Below are positions 42,052 through 56,258 of a stretch of 64,000 nucleotides of DNA, in pieces. How positions within the stretch are numbered: position 1 is the first letter of the stretch; every line of letters begins with the position of its first letter. The notes below the pieces were generated by a model, which was not told the origin of the DNA, ran no database searches, and worked only from the letters and a program-made list of their open reading frames with translations. Source of the DNA: Octopus sinensis (lineage: Eukaryota); NCBI RefSeq assembly GCF_006345805.1, contig NC_043002.1:22382001-22446000 (forward strand), in the 5' to 3' direction. The translations under genes were made by a program, and so were the position numbers.

Positions 42052-43460
42052 AGTTTACGCTGACCAAATTCACTCACAAGGCATTGGATGGCCCGGAGTT
42101 ATAGCAGAAGATACTCACCCAAGGTCCTGTGCATAGCAGCTGAACTCGAAACCACGATGCTGCTAAGCAAGTTTCTTAACGACACAGCCATGCCTGCACC
42201 TATGTGTGCAGATTTCTTTCAGTTTTCGTCTACCATATCCACCCATAAAGGCTTTGGCAAACTCGGGGCGAATGTAGAAGGCACTACTCCAAGGTGTCAC
42301 GCAGTGGAACTGAACCGAGAGACATGTGGTTTGGAAGGAAACTTATTACATAGCCACACCTGCTCTTGTGTTATAGATGTGTATATATATGTTTGTGAAG
42401 TGTATCTCTCCTCTATCCCACCCCCTATATACATATATAGATACCTGTATGCATGACACCTTAGACAAGCGTCTTCTACTATACTCGGGCCGACTAGAAC
42501 CTTGTGAGTGGATTTGGTCGTCGGAAACTGAAAGAAGCCTGTCGTATTTATGTCCAAATTATTTCTATACAAATTATGAATATGGGAAGTGCTAATAGTT
42601 ACTAACAACGGTGAACCCACAAATTCTTTATTTAAAATGAAATAAAATTTATTTTCAATAAGTAGGAGTGGCTGTGTGGTAAGTAGCTTGCTTACCAACC
42701 ACATGGTTCCGGGTTCAGTCCCACTGCGTGGCACCCTGGGTAAGTGTCTTCTACTATAGCCTCGGGCCGAACAAAGCCTTGTGAGTGGATTTGGTAGACG
42801 GAAACTGAAAGAAGCCCGTCGTATATATGTATCTATATGTGTGTTTGTGTGTTTGTGTGTGTATGTTGGTCCCCCCAACATCGCTTGACAACCGATGCTG
42901 GTGTGTCCAGTAACTTAGCGGTTAGGCAAAAGTGACTGATAGAATAAGTACTAAGCTTACAAAGAATAAGTTCTGGGGTAGATTTGCTTGACTAAAGGCG
43001 GTGCTTCATCATGGCCACAGTCACATGACTGAGTCAAGTAAAAGAGTAAAAGAGTATAAGAGTAAAAGAGTAAGTCTAAATCATCCGCATCGTACACAAA
43101 AATCCGGATATTGTTATCAAGATAAATAGTAATTTCTACTTGAAGCGAAAGACCGGTTGAGGGTCAAAGTTCACCAAGGCAGAATCTGAAATCAGAATGC
43201 GAAGAACCTGAAAAAATACAGATTCTTCTCGAGCGTGTGCGTGTATATCCATATATAGATATGTACATATACATGTTTGTGTATATGCATGTGCCTCTCT
43301 CCTCCCCCCATATACATATATAGATATCTGTATGTGTGTCACCTTGGGCAAGCGTCTTCTACTATAGTTTCAGGTCGACAAAAACCTAGTGAGTGGAATT
43401 GGTAGATGGAAACTGAAAGAAGCCTGTCGTATATATATATATATATATATATATATTAGT

Positions 43461-43503
<43 letters not shown>

Positions 43504-43550
43504 TTTCTTTGTGTCTGTCCCCCACGTTCGTTTTATAACCAGTGCTGGTG
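42052..43550. mobile_element. Cluster of SINE family A copies: full-length 42664-43073 (+) and partials ~42052-42365 (-), ~42455-42545 (+), ~43340-43550 (+)
   Basis: Recurring family A head and body motifs. Confidence 0.8.
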
Positions 43551-43851
43551 TATATGAATTTAGACGAACTAACATTTGCTTTTTTATATAAGCGTCGAAA
43601 TGTGTATTGTACGATATAATAAATAAGATTATCATTTTCTTTCTCGACCGCAGAAACGCCGTTAGAACAGAAGAAATGTTGGTTTAATTACTCTTACAAA
43701 GCGTTAAAATTTGTCAACTAACAGCCATCGAAGTCGAACGAACAGCCTTCACTGAATTCGGCTGAGTGCTTTAACCATAAAGCTAACCTGGCCGCTAACA
43801 AACTTATGTTCAAATTTAGACGCTATAAGCTAAATGCACAACTACGTATAT

Positions 43852-43895
<44 letters not shown>

Positions 43896-44084
43896 AATAT
43901 GTTACATTACTCGATAGTCCAAGATATATATATATATATATATATCTATATATATAATATATATATATTATACGATATATATGTATATATATATATGTAT
44001 ATATATATAATAGTATGTATATATATAATATAATGTATGTATGTATATATATATATATATATATAATATATATTATATATATAT

Positions 44085-44330
44085 ACAATATATGTTTACA
44101 TTACTCGATAGTCAAGATAAAACTCTGAGTTTCAGATGCCGAAGTGGGAATCCACGACATCTCTTCGGTTATCTTGCTATTTGAAAACGCTATTCGCATC
44201 TGAAACTCAGAGTTTTATCTTGACTATCGAGTAATGTAACATATTATTGTATAGATAAATTTCCTCTATTTACATAATATTGAGGTCTCTTTCTTTCTTT
44301 GTTATCTTACCGTTTTTAACCAATAATATA
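44085..44330. mobile_element. TA-embedded fold-back element with perfect 44-bp inverted repeats and HHR relic
   Basis: 44096-44139 is the exact reverse complement of 44196-44239. The arm end and spacer read AGATG c cgaa GTGG-gaat-CCAC ga CATCT. A third partial arm lies at ~43891-43923. Confidence 0.6.
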
Positions 44331-44364
44331 TATATATTATATATATATATAATATATATATATT

Positions 44365-44612
44365 TTAATCCAAACGGGAACAAAAAAACACAACAACAAT
44401 GGAACAATTACAGTATTATTATTAATAGGCGCTCAGGAATGGAAGCAGGGAGTATGACGTTTCGAGCGGAGCTCTTCGTCGGAAACATAAAGAAAAGAGA
44501 GAGGAAAGAAAGACCCAGAGCGGGCAACAGGGATAGAGAAAAAAAAAAAACGACTGGTGTTTACGAGTTACACATGGTGAAAGGCGGATGTTTACGATAA
44601 CAAGAGCAAAGT
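44365..44612 (-). mobile_element. Family D repeat with minimal HHR motif (44452-44486)
   Basis: GTTT CCGACGA A GAGC-TCC-GCTC GAAAC GTC ATAC; flanked by (TA)n on both sides. Confidence 0.6.
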
Positions 44613-44618
44613 GATATA

Positions 44619-44659
<41 letters not shown>

Positions 44660-44682
44660 TATATATATTTAAATTTAAATTT

Positions 44683-44727
<45 letters not shown>

Positions 44728-44823
44728 TTATTAAATTTAAATTTAAATATAAGCGTAAAAATTGATATTAATTAAATTAATATCAATTTAATCAGTGGCC
44801 TGAAGATTCAGAAAATTATATTA

Positions 44824-45157
44824 CATACATATAACAGGAATAGGTGGATTTCTAATATGCTAAAGGTAGATCCATATAGTCTGACCACGAAGAAAATTTG
44901 TTCTCGAGGAATTTCGGCAAACGGCAGAACGTAAAGCGAGCAAGACAAATGAAAAGATACAAAACATAGTGATTAGCCACATACCTAGGTTTCATTCTTA
45001 CTATTTGCATTACGTAAATGTCTGCAAATCCGCAGTGTGACCGTCATGGAAAATATAATTCACAGAAATTCCTTAAGAAAACTTAGTAGTCAGACTATAT
45101 GGGGTCTACCTTTAACATGTTAGGAGTCCACCTAGTGGTCATTCCTCTTATATGTAT
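44824..45157 (-). mobile_element. Diverged relative of the 10260 element, with inverted arms and a degenerate HHR
   Basis: Arms 44824-44892 and 45082-45157 are imperfect inverted repeats alignable to the 10260 arms (GGTGG...TATGCTA.AGGTAGATC...). Minus strand 45039-44978 reads CACA CTGCGGA ... GAAA C CTAG GTA TGTG: same stem I, palindromic loop III, mutated core. Confidence 0.6.
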
Positions 45158-45368
45158 AGATATATCTACATTCAGTTAGAGGTTAAAATGGCCTCATTAA
45201 GGGGTAGTAATATCCAATGAATTACTGGTTCATTACCTAATATTTTTTGTGAATAATAATATTCATAATAGGTCTAATTATAAATCTTAGTTCATAAACA
45301 TTCAACAATCCAACATTTTTGTAGATAATAAATTATATTAATTCTATATCTCCATTTTCTTAATTTTC

Positions 45369-45407
<39 letters not shown>

Positions 45408-45410
<3 letters not shown>

Positions 45411-45600
45411 ATATCCAAAAAAGGAAGAACAAACGCACACAAAGACAACAACGAGGGGGTGGTACATGGAAAGTATTAGCACATGCTCAGGGAATGAAAG
45501 AAAGATGGTTTAACGTTTCGAACAACGCTCTTTTTCAGAAACAGAGGAAAATTCAATAGAAAGGAAGACGGAGGAAGAAAAGAAATAAATCTGTTTTTAT
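45408..45600 (-). mobile_element. Family D repeat with minimal HHR motif (45508-45542)
   Basis: GTTT CTGAAAA A GAGC-GTT-GTTC GAAAC GTT AAAC. Perfect 4-bp stem I; G8>A core mutation. Confidence 0.55.
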
Positions 45601-45837
45601 TTTTATAAGATTAAAGCTTATAAAAAAAATACCATTATCATCATTTACAGAAATGTAAAACTCGACACCGCTTAACAAAACTATTCGCACCGAAAGTATA
45701 TATATATATAATCACCCCACATTACTGTATGGTTAACACCATATAGTTTTTCTGGTGCATCTAAGTTAACTACCACATTCAAGTAAATTCATTGGAATTT
45801 ACTTGAATCTTAATTGCTTTTATATATATATATATAA

Positions 45838-46156
45838 CCTAGCGGTTCAGCAAAAGAGACCGATATAATAAATCTCGGGCTTTACAAAAATATAAGTACT
45901 AGGGTCGATTCGTTTGACTAAAATTATTCGGGGAAGTGCCCCAGCATGGCCGCAGTCTAATGTCTAAAAGAACTAAAAGATAAAAGATCTGGAGTGGCTG
46001 TGTAGTAAGAAGTCTGCTTCACAACCACATAGTTCCAGGTTCAGTCTCACTGCGTGGCACCTTGGGCAAATATCTTCTACTGTAGCCTCGAGCCGACCAA
46101 AGCCTCATGAGTGGATTTGGTAGACGGAAACTGAAAGAAGCCCGGCGTATATACAC

Positions 46157-46190
<34 letters not shown>

Positions 46191-46199
46191 CATTTGCAT

Positions 46200-46236
<37 letters not shown>

Positions 46237-46485
46237 CATATATATATATGCATTTATAAATTTATATGCGTGTGTTTGTGTGTGTTTGTCCCTCATCATC
46301 GTTTGACAACCGATGTTGGCGTGTTTACGTCCCCGTAACTTAGCAGTACTGCAGAAGAGACCTATAGAAATTAGCACCAGGCTTACAAAAAAATAAGTCC
46401 AGGGGTCGATTTCTTCGACTAAAAAGCGGTGCTCCAACATGGCCACAGTCAAATGACTGAAACAAATACGAGAATAAAAGAAAAG
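45838..46485 (+). mobile_element. SINE family A: 3' half (45838-45990) followed by a full copy (45991-46485)
   Basis: Alignment to other copies. Confidence 0.8.
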
Positions 46486-46509
46486 AATATATTTATACAT
46501 GTGCACATG

Positions 46510-47700
46510 CGTTGCATGTAGTACATCGGCGTAGTCAGTTAGCAATGGTTAAGAGGCTCTGTTATTCTGTTTCACAGTTATGATGTCTCGGTTTCTGTCG
46601 ACTTTTCTTGGCTATTCATCAATTAACTAATTAATTCCAATCCCATTACACAAAGTTCATCTTAAAACAGCTATTTAACAACAAGGTTATCGTTGATATA
46701 GAAGCTAAATTTTATGAAGCTATACAACTGCTGAAATTGGACACCTCTAAATTTCACAATTGCTCTCTCTCTGTTCTAACAAGGATGTTTACTCGTCACC
46801 GAGTCAAACTCTCCCGCATTAAACTACGAACTTAGTCTTAAACATTTTAGCTACAAATATATCATCTCGAAAAGTTTACACAAATTTTCTTGCCTAATTA
46901 TTTAACTTTCTACGGAGAGTTTTTCTCTGTACCAAATTGCGATCCAAGGGTCACATATATCTCTGTCATCGATAAGGAACCATGCGAGGACCTAACATTC
47001 TGACATACAAAGAACAATGCCGCGTTGTTTGAAAAGGTAACTGATGTCACAGCTACCTGGTGGAAAATAACAATACCGCTCTGAGAAACATATGCAACTA
47101 TAGAAAAGTTTCTACTATAATTAAGCGCCATTAAAACATAAGAAATGACAACCTTTTGTTCTGCTGCCATCTCATTAAGATCGATCAAATCTAAAGATTA
47201 GGGCACCGCGTTGAGCATAGAAAGACATTTGTTTAACATGTGGCTCCTATTGAATATCTTCGAACTAATATTTCATAGATCCACCCATCCACATCAACCG
47301 ATATATTGATGAGAGTAGCAGCTTCGAATATCTTAAACGGTATCACACTTAAAAATAATAGAAGGTTGCTTTTAGACTTAGTATCCTTGTAGTTCTCCCT
47401 GTCACTAAATTATTGGGCGACTTTGACGTTTAGTGTAACCACTGGTGCATCGAAATTACTCTTTCAGCAGTCCAACGGCTTCTTCCTTTGTTTAACACAT
47501 GCTGCTTTCATTTTGATGGTGACACTACAAACATTAATACCACTCATCTGGGAAGGTTACCGCTGCGCACACAAATATTCAGAGAAAGCCCCATTCGGGT
47601 GATTCGTTTTCGACCACTTCAGCCTTTGGTTCACAGACATGATTTTTAGTCTTCTCTGTTTTTTCTGTCGCTACTATAATGACCTCTGTTACACGGAGCA
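46510..47700 (-). pseudogene. Decayed Penelope-like element reverse transcriptase
   Basis: Frameshifted minus-strand motifs in PLE order: KQPSIIFK..C/LIN (cf. FITLKDHK..CRLINP), ALNYSRNFS (cf. KALNFAK), VTLGSQFGTE (cf. FDVTMGSYDGAE), FRDD at 46861-46872 (YxDD), MGLELI, KVD..DI.TVKQNN (cf. KVNFLDVTLNL). Reference motifs are from memory. Confidence 0.7.
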
Positions 47701-48380
47701 GGATGGTTTCCTACCTCCATCACACAAGCATCCCCAGCACATTTGTCTTTCCATTTCCCTTCTGTATTTGGCCCCTACAGCATCAGCTTCCTAGAATCCC
47801 CTCCTAGCTCTTATGTTTCATCTGTGTAGCCGTTTAAACGGAACACTAATGATCACTAAGAGGCACCACCTCCTCTCTTTCCCTCTCTCGCTCTTTCCCT
47901 CTTTTCTCTCTTCCCGTCCTCTCTCTTTCTCTCTGTCTTTTCTATCGTTATTGTAATGGTCTTGGTTCCTCGGAGCTGCCTGTTTTCGTGCCTCCACCAT
48001 CCAGGAACCCCTGACGCACACATCTCTTCATCTCTTGTCATCATTCCCGCGTCCAAACTTCCTCTCCTCAGGCACCACACTCACCAGTATTCCCGGTCCT
48101 TATTCATCTGACATAGCCCTCTGGAATCTTCTCCCTGCTCTAGTTCTTCCTGTATGCATGTAAATAGAACAGTAACGATTTCAAGCTCACCAAGTTTCAG
48201 GCGGACCGCAAAAGACATGAGCACTTCTTGCTTTCTTCAAACTCAGTAACAAAACGCTTTGGTCGGTTCGAGGTTAAAGTTCAAAACACTTTCTCACACT
48301 GTCGCTGAATGTAACTGAACATTGAACCATGTGATTGAAAAGCAAACTTCTTACCACACAGCCATGCCCGTGCCTAATAT

Positions 48381-48659
48381 CTCTTACTTTTTTACTCTTT
48401 TACTGGTTTCAGACATGTGACTGCAGCCATGCTGGAGCACTGCCTTTAGTCGAGCAAATCGACCCCAGGACTTATTATTTGTAAGCCAAGTACTTATTCT
48501 ATCGGTCACTTTTTCCGAACCGCTAAGTTACTGGGACGTAAACACACCAGCATCGGTTGTCAAGCAATGTTGGGGGGAGGACAAACACACACACACACAC
48601 ACACACAACACACAAACAAACACACACACACCATATATATATATGTATATATATATATA

Positions 48660-48702
<43 letters not shown>

Positions 48703-48870
48703 TATATACGACGGGCTTCTTTCAGTTTCCGTCTACGAAATCTACTCACAAGTCTTTGGTCGGCCTGAGGCTATAGTAGGAGACACATGTCCAAGTTGCC
48801 ACACAGTGGGACTGAACCCGGAACCATGTGGTTCGTAAGCAAGCCCCTTACCGCAGCCACTCCTACGCCT
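48381..48870 (-). mobile_element. SINE family A, full length
   Basis: Alignment to other copies. Confidence 0.85.
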
Positions 48871-49745
48871 ATTGTTGATATTTATTTAATACAAGGTCAA
48901 CCGTAACAGACAACATCTATGATCGAAGATGTTCCAACCAGAATCCTTCCAATCGAGACCCTGCTGCAACTTTTTAATAGGGCATTGTGAATATACATAA
49001 TTTCATAATCCAGTATGTATTACTTTTTATAAAAGAGAAGGGTGTGATTTCTGGCAGAAATGGGCTGCTATTTCTAGTGGGTTAGTGACAGCGTAGGTGT
49101 TCCATCTGTCTCTCTTCAAGCATGTATCGTGACGAGTATGGTGTGTGTTCGCGTGCATATGTGATTGTGTGTGTACATATGCACATACGTGTGTATTGTT
49201 GCGCATGCGTACTCAAGCATGTTGCGTTTGTGTGCATTCTACGTGAGTGTTTATTTGTGTATGTATATGAGTGTGTATGCATGTGTGTACGTACGTATTC
49301 TGTGTGTGAATATATGGATATCTGTCTACGTGTGTGGGGCTTTGTGTGTATTCTGTTGTAGATGTTTTGGGTTTCTATATGTGTGAGCAAATGTGTTGAG
49401 TAAATCAATGTCCGTGTGGATGTACGTTTGTGAGCAGGTATGACGTAGATGTGCGTATATGTGTCTGCGTGTGTATGCGTATGTGTGTGTGTGTGTATGT
49501 GTGTCATTGAGTGTGAGTGTGTTTGAGAGTGTAGGAGTGTGTGCGCGTGTATACAGGCAGCTTTTCGTCAGAGCCAATCTTATGTTAAGCGTATTTCGAT
49601 ACTGGTATATCGATCATACAGGGACATCTTGCAAGGACAGAAGAGAGATTCTCTTCACACAAGCATCTGCACACTTACACATACTTATACTCACACACAC
49701 ACACACAAACACACACATTCACTCACACACGCATACACACAAACA

Positions 49746-49783
<38 letters not shown>

Positions 49784-50112
49784 ACACACATAGAAAAACA
49801 AATATTTATGCAAATATACAAGTACATAAATATATGTGCGCGCACATACATATATATACATATACAAATGAATGTGAGTGTTTGACTGTATCTAAGTGTG
49901 AGTTCTTGGCTTACACAAAAGTATCTATTCGCACACACACACATACACACACAAACACATACACACACACACATACACACACACACACACATACACACGG
50001 AAGTATATATATATGCATTCATGTATTTGTGTGCATATACAGAGATACACTTACACACGCACACACATACTTATATATGCGTACGTATGTAGAAGACTGA
50101 ATGTGTGTGCCT

Positions 50113-50144
<32 letters not shown>

Positions 50145-50620
50145 TGTGTGCGTGTGTGTGTGTGTGTGTGTGCGTATGTATGTGTACACGCTAATGAAAA
50201 TCGATGCGAAAACATCAAACAATTCTACTTGTGAGTTTCATGTCTTGATATTCAATGAGATATCGTATCATGTATTATTGCATCAGATGCAAAGGATCTA
50301 AGACATGACTGATATCTTTTATGTCGTATTGGTTGGATGTCTTATTGTTAACGAAGAAGACTTTTGAGAGGAGGCACATTTTGACATACAAATACATACA
50401 CTCGCTTGTACATGCGCATACAGAAAGAAACACGCCCACATGGATACAAACACTACACCATATATTTTCTTACAATCTGTTTATCATTGTATGATATAAA
50501 TATATATACATATATGTATATGTATATATGAGTACGTGTGTGTGAAGAGAGAGAAAGTGAAGCAGAGATAGGTAGATAGATACATTTATGTATGCATATA
50601 TACATACGTTTGTGTGTGTA

Positions 50621-50708
<88 letters not shown>

Positions 50709-50727
50709 AGTTTATATAAGCATACAC

Positions 50728-50773
<46 letters not shown>

Positions 50774-50873
50774 TTATATCTATCTATTTACCTATCGATT
50801 TACCTATCCATTTCACACTATATATCTATCTATCAATCCATCCATCCATCTAACTATCTATCTGTCTATCTAC

Positions 50874-50942
<69 letters not shown>

Positions 50943-51223
50943 CATCTAACTATCTATCTATATATCTATCAATCTATCTATCTATCTATCTTTTTATCTA
51001 TATGTCTATCTATCTACATGTACATATACACAGAGATAGATGGACAATATATGCGTTCATAAAAAATATAATATAACCTTACATATTAGCAGGCTTATAT
51101 TATTTACGTACTCGTTTGTGTATTTTTATGTACTCTGCTAAACGGAAGCACATACGTACACATATATTTACAGACACAGGTTCTGTATATGTAAATGCAT
51201 GAATATATATATATATATGTATA

Positions 51224-51313
<90 letters not shown>

Positions 51314-51323
51314 CCTATATATA

Positions 51324-51359
<36 letters not shown>

Positions 51360-51774
51360 TGTATGTATGTATGTATTGAGAGAGATATGTACACAGACAC
51401 TGGCACTCTGTCGGTTACGACGAGGAGCGTTGTAGTTGATCGGATCAGCAGAACTGTCTGCTCGTAAAATTAACGTGCGAGTGTCTGAGTACACCAAAGG
51501 CAGATAGATAAACGTACACATGTATACATACATACATGCATGCATACATACATACATACATACATACATACATACATACATACATACATGCATGCATACA
51601 TACATACATACATACATACATACATACATGCATGCATGCAAGCAAACGTACATACACGTAACTTACATGCATACATACATGCATGTATGCACACATGCAT
51701 ACATACCAATATACAGACATACATATATATGTGTGTATGTGCGTGTGCGAGTGGGTGTATGTATATATGTATGC

Positions 51775-52453
<679 letters not shown>

Positions 52454-52962
52454 GAATGACATAAAGAGTAACACGAGCTGAAAGACTGATTTACCGAGGT
52501 TACACATGCGATTAGCACATAAAATGTCCTAGTAGTGGTGATTAAAATCTGAATGTAACAATCAATGAAAATGCCCTCAATAATATCTGCTAGACCAACT
52601 TTAGGAAAATTAAAGACAATTTTGTTTGAAGGGGCTTCTGACGTGAAAGAAAACTTATATACGTACGTGTTTGTGCATCTGTGTGTGATGTGCGTGTATG
52701 TGTGCGTGCGTGCGTGCATGTGTGTGTGTATGTGTGTTTGATTTGTGTGTGTGTGTGCGTGTGTGTGTGTCTGTGTGTGTTTGCTTTCCCACTGTTACTC
52801 TTTTTTTTTTACATCCCTGAAACTTAACGGTTCGGCGAAAGGGAGGAGAGACGACGCACTAGACCTGAAGTACTGGGATCAATGTGTATGACTGATTTTA
52901 GAAGGCAGTGCTCCAGCTTGGCCATAATTCAATGAATCAAACAAGTAAAAGATTAAAAGTAC

Positions 52963-53009
<47 letters not shown>

Positions 53010-53382
53010 ATTAGGGAGTAAATCCAACTTACAGGGAAAAATTGATTTAGGATTATCTAATTTTATAGTATAAATATATTATATTAAATTAGAGATAAAA
53101 CCACTATAGGCAAATCAAACAGTGAAAATCATAAGCCAATACATAGAAATAAACTTAATTAAAAAATATAAAATATAAAATATAAAAAATATAAAATTCC
53201 AAATTAAATATTTAAATTAAAGTAAAAATTTTAAATTTATAAATTTTAAATATATATATATATAATTATTATTATTTGCCTAATAGTGGTTTAATTTAAT
53301 ATAATATATATCTATATAGTATTATATATTATATATATATAATATATATTATATATTTATTTATATATATATATATATAATA

Positions 53383-53520
53383 TAATTTATTATATAGAAG
53401 GAGCTTCTACAGGACTAGAACTGTTTCATTCAAGAGAAATCTTCAGGAAGCGCTTCCTGAAGATTTCTCTTGAATGAAACAGTTCTAGTCCTGTAGAAGC
53501 TCCTTCTATATAATAAATTA
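53383..53520. repeat. Perfect 138-bp spacerless palindrome containing an HHR-like motif on each strand
   Basis: 69-bp arms centred at 53451/53452 with no mismatches. Each arm reads gcttc CTGAAGA tttctcttgaat GAAAC agttcta GTC ctgta gaagc (53452-53500 on +). Confidence 0.9.
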
Positions 53521-53583
53521 ATTTTACTCTGCTATGTATTGAGTACCTATTTACTGTGGTTAACCCGCGAATCAACCGGGACC

Positions 53584-53639
<56 letters not shown>

Positions 53640-53640
<1 letters not shown>

Positions 53641-54340
53641 TGGGTTGTAAACTAAGTTCCCACCGTTTCCTTTAAAATTTTGAATTTATTGCGTTTTTAA
53701 GTTTTGGATCTATCTTTTTCGAGAATTCTATTTTGAATCATGTTGGAATCTATTTTCATTTCTAGTTTATTTTAGTTAATTTTTGTTTATTTTCAGATCA
53801 TTAAAATGGAATGTCAAGTTAAGAAAAACGAGCATTTTCGACACCTCCTTTTACTTTTAATCAATGTTCTAAGGCCGCAAAAGCTGCTCGCGGCATTTGT
53901 GCTGTGTATGGAGAGGGTGCCATAGCTGAAAGAATCGCTTGTGATTGGTATTCTAAGTTCAAAAATGGAAATTTTGACCTCAAAAACGCACCTCGTTCTA
54001 GCCGTCCAGTTGAGTTCGATGAAGAGCGATCAAACCAACTTTTGCACGAAAATTCTCGTGAAACGACAAATGAACTAGCAGAGAAAATGGAATGATCCCA
54101 CACTGCTATAGAGAAGCATCTTCACTCGATGGGAAAGGTTCAGAAGTATGGAGCATGGGTTCCGGGTGCTTTAAGTGACAACAACAAAAACCAACGAGCC
54201 ACAATCTCCTCTGGTTTGCTTGCTCGTCACCGCTCAACTCATGGACACAAGCAACGATTTCTTTACAGAATCGTAACTGGCGACGAAAAATGGTGTCTGT
54301 ACATCAATATGAAGCAGCGTAAGGAATGGCTCAGCCCCGG
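53640..54340 (+). mobile_element. 5' half of a mariner transposon (truncated transposase pseudogene from 53807)
   Basis: Left TIR TTGGGTTGTAAACTAAGTTCC after TA. MECQVKKNEHFRHLLL..., WVPGAL, RIVTGDEKWCLYIN..KEWLSPG, then breaks off. Confidence 0.9.
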
Positions 54341-56258
54341 TATGTTTGTGTATGTGTGTGTGTGTGTATCGCGTGATCCCCTGATCGATCAGACTACGAG
54401 ATGTTGTTATACATCACTATTCACTATGCACTTTAGATTGATTTAGCTGGCTATTTGAGCAGGCCAACATTCCTCCTGGGCGGATAACTTGTCCGCCACA
54501 GTGTTGCACATTGGCGACTGAATTGACTGGAATAATGTGAAATGAAATGCTTTGCTCAAGAACGCAATGAGCAACCGTTCTGAGAATCGAAACCACGATC
54601 TTATGACCATGAGTGCATCACACTTAACCACTAATCCACGCGCCTTTACACACGCGCACACCCACCCACACACACATAGATACCATACACATACATATAC
54701 ATATATATATATACATATACATATATACGTATAAAAATACTTACATAAATACATACATACATACATATATATATGCATACATACATACATATGTATGTAT
54801 ATATACATATACAAACGCAAATTTCACACACGTATTCACTTAGATATGTAAAAGGTCGAATCAAATTATCCATAATCTCGTACATATTGCTTTTTTGATC
54901 GTGGATCATTTATTTCGAGTTTTTACATGTGTAAGTGAATACGTATGCAAATTGTATCGTGATTTAAAACTGTTGGACGTAATTTTCACAGAAATGCTAT
55001 TAGTATTGAATACACATTTATAGATGATGTCTTCAGCTATGTAGCTCATATTGACTAGATTGTTGAAAGAGCTGTGTCTCTAAGTAGATTTGATAGCGTT
55101 TGTGGTGTATGGGTAAAATTACATTCTACTCAAATTCAACGATAGTGTAATAAAATATGAGCGATTTATAACCCGCTTTATTAGTTTGTTCTTAAGCTAT
55201 GGGATCCAAGTTCGTTTCGAAACTGCGTATCAGTGAGCATGCCTCAGTTCAGACTAAATATTTGAATTAAACCTTGTGATACGAAAACTATGCTCTTTGT
55301 GTCTGTAGATGAAAGAGCTAGCCTAGTAATACATAATGTCATGGTTGGAAATACCTTGTGTATAAGCCGCTTTACAACACAGTGAGTATCTGGTACCATT
55401 GATCGAACGAATGAAATACTCATTTGTCGAAAATGACGCGAGATCCATTGATTTATTATGGAGTTCACCAAAGTTTGTTATGTAACGATTATAACCACGC
55501 GATCTTGTTTTGGGAGTTGAATTTCAATGTTTATATATATTCAGTTCTAATTTTCTTTCTATCTTCTATTATAAGTAAAATTCTGTTTTCAGCGTACTTT
55601 ATTGCGTATTTCTTTATATAACTATATACTGCAGTGTCTTCTTTCTATATTTTTCAGGAAGAATGGCTCCGTTTAAATAAAGTAAAAGTTTACTAGTTTC
55701 GCTTGAAGCTGTTAGTCTATGAAACAGACCTGAAATGACGATCTTTAGTTAACGTTCACTACACAATGTCAGCAATAAAACTGAGAAAAAAACCCAACAA
55801 AGTCAACAGTTATGAAAAAAAATGTGGCTCTATGAAGAAAATAATTCTCAATTCAAGCGATGAGAGAAAATTGACTACTGTAACTCCTTGTGACAGAAGT
55901 CACTCCATCGCAAACTTATTTTTGATTTCCTCTAAGAACAATGCACAAAATACTTTAAAACAGATTTTAGAAAGCCCACGCCACCGTATCTTCAGAGTTT
56001 TGTTGTGCAAATTTTGCCCCAAGATGTAGCCATTTTGAAAAGTAAATAGTGATTAGAATATATGTTTTTGAATTGTAACATTGAAGAGACTTCAGTTTTT
56101 TTATATTTTCCGGAAATAAGTGAGATATTTTGCTTGTGATGTCGACTGCTTCCTTTTTTATTCATCTACTATGATGTTCGATTGAGAATTCTCTGCCTGA
56201 ATGTGTAATAAAGATTATAATAAGTATAATAAAGATTTTTACAACAAGCATATTCTTA

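Noticed and set aside
45777-45808. 14-bp perfect hairpin (and AT-only hairpin at 44759-44789)
   Set aside because: Short and AT-rich; most likely local fold-back duplications with no further structure.
55017-55034. FIDDVF as an RT YxDD relic
   Set aside because: No flanking RT motifs could be aligned.
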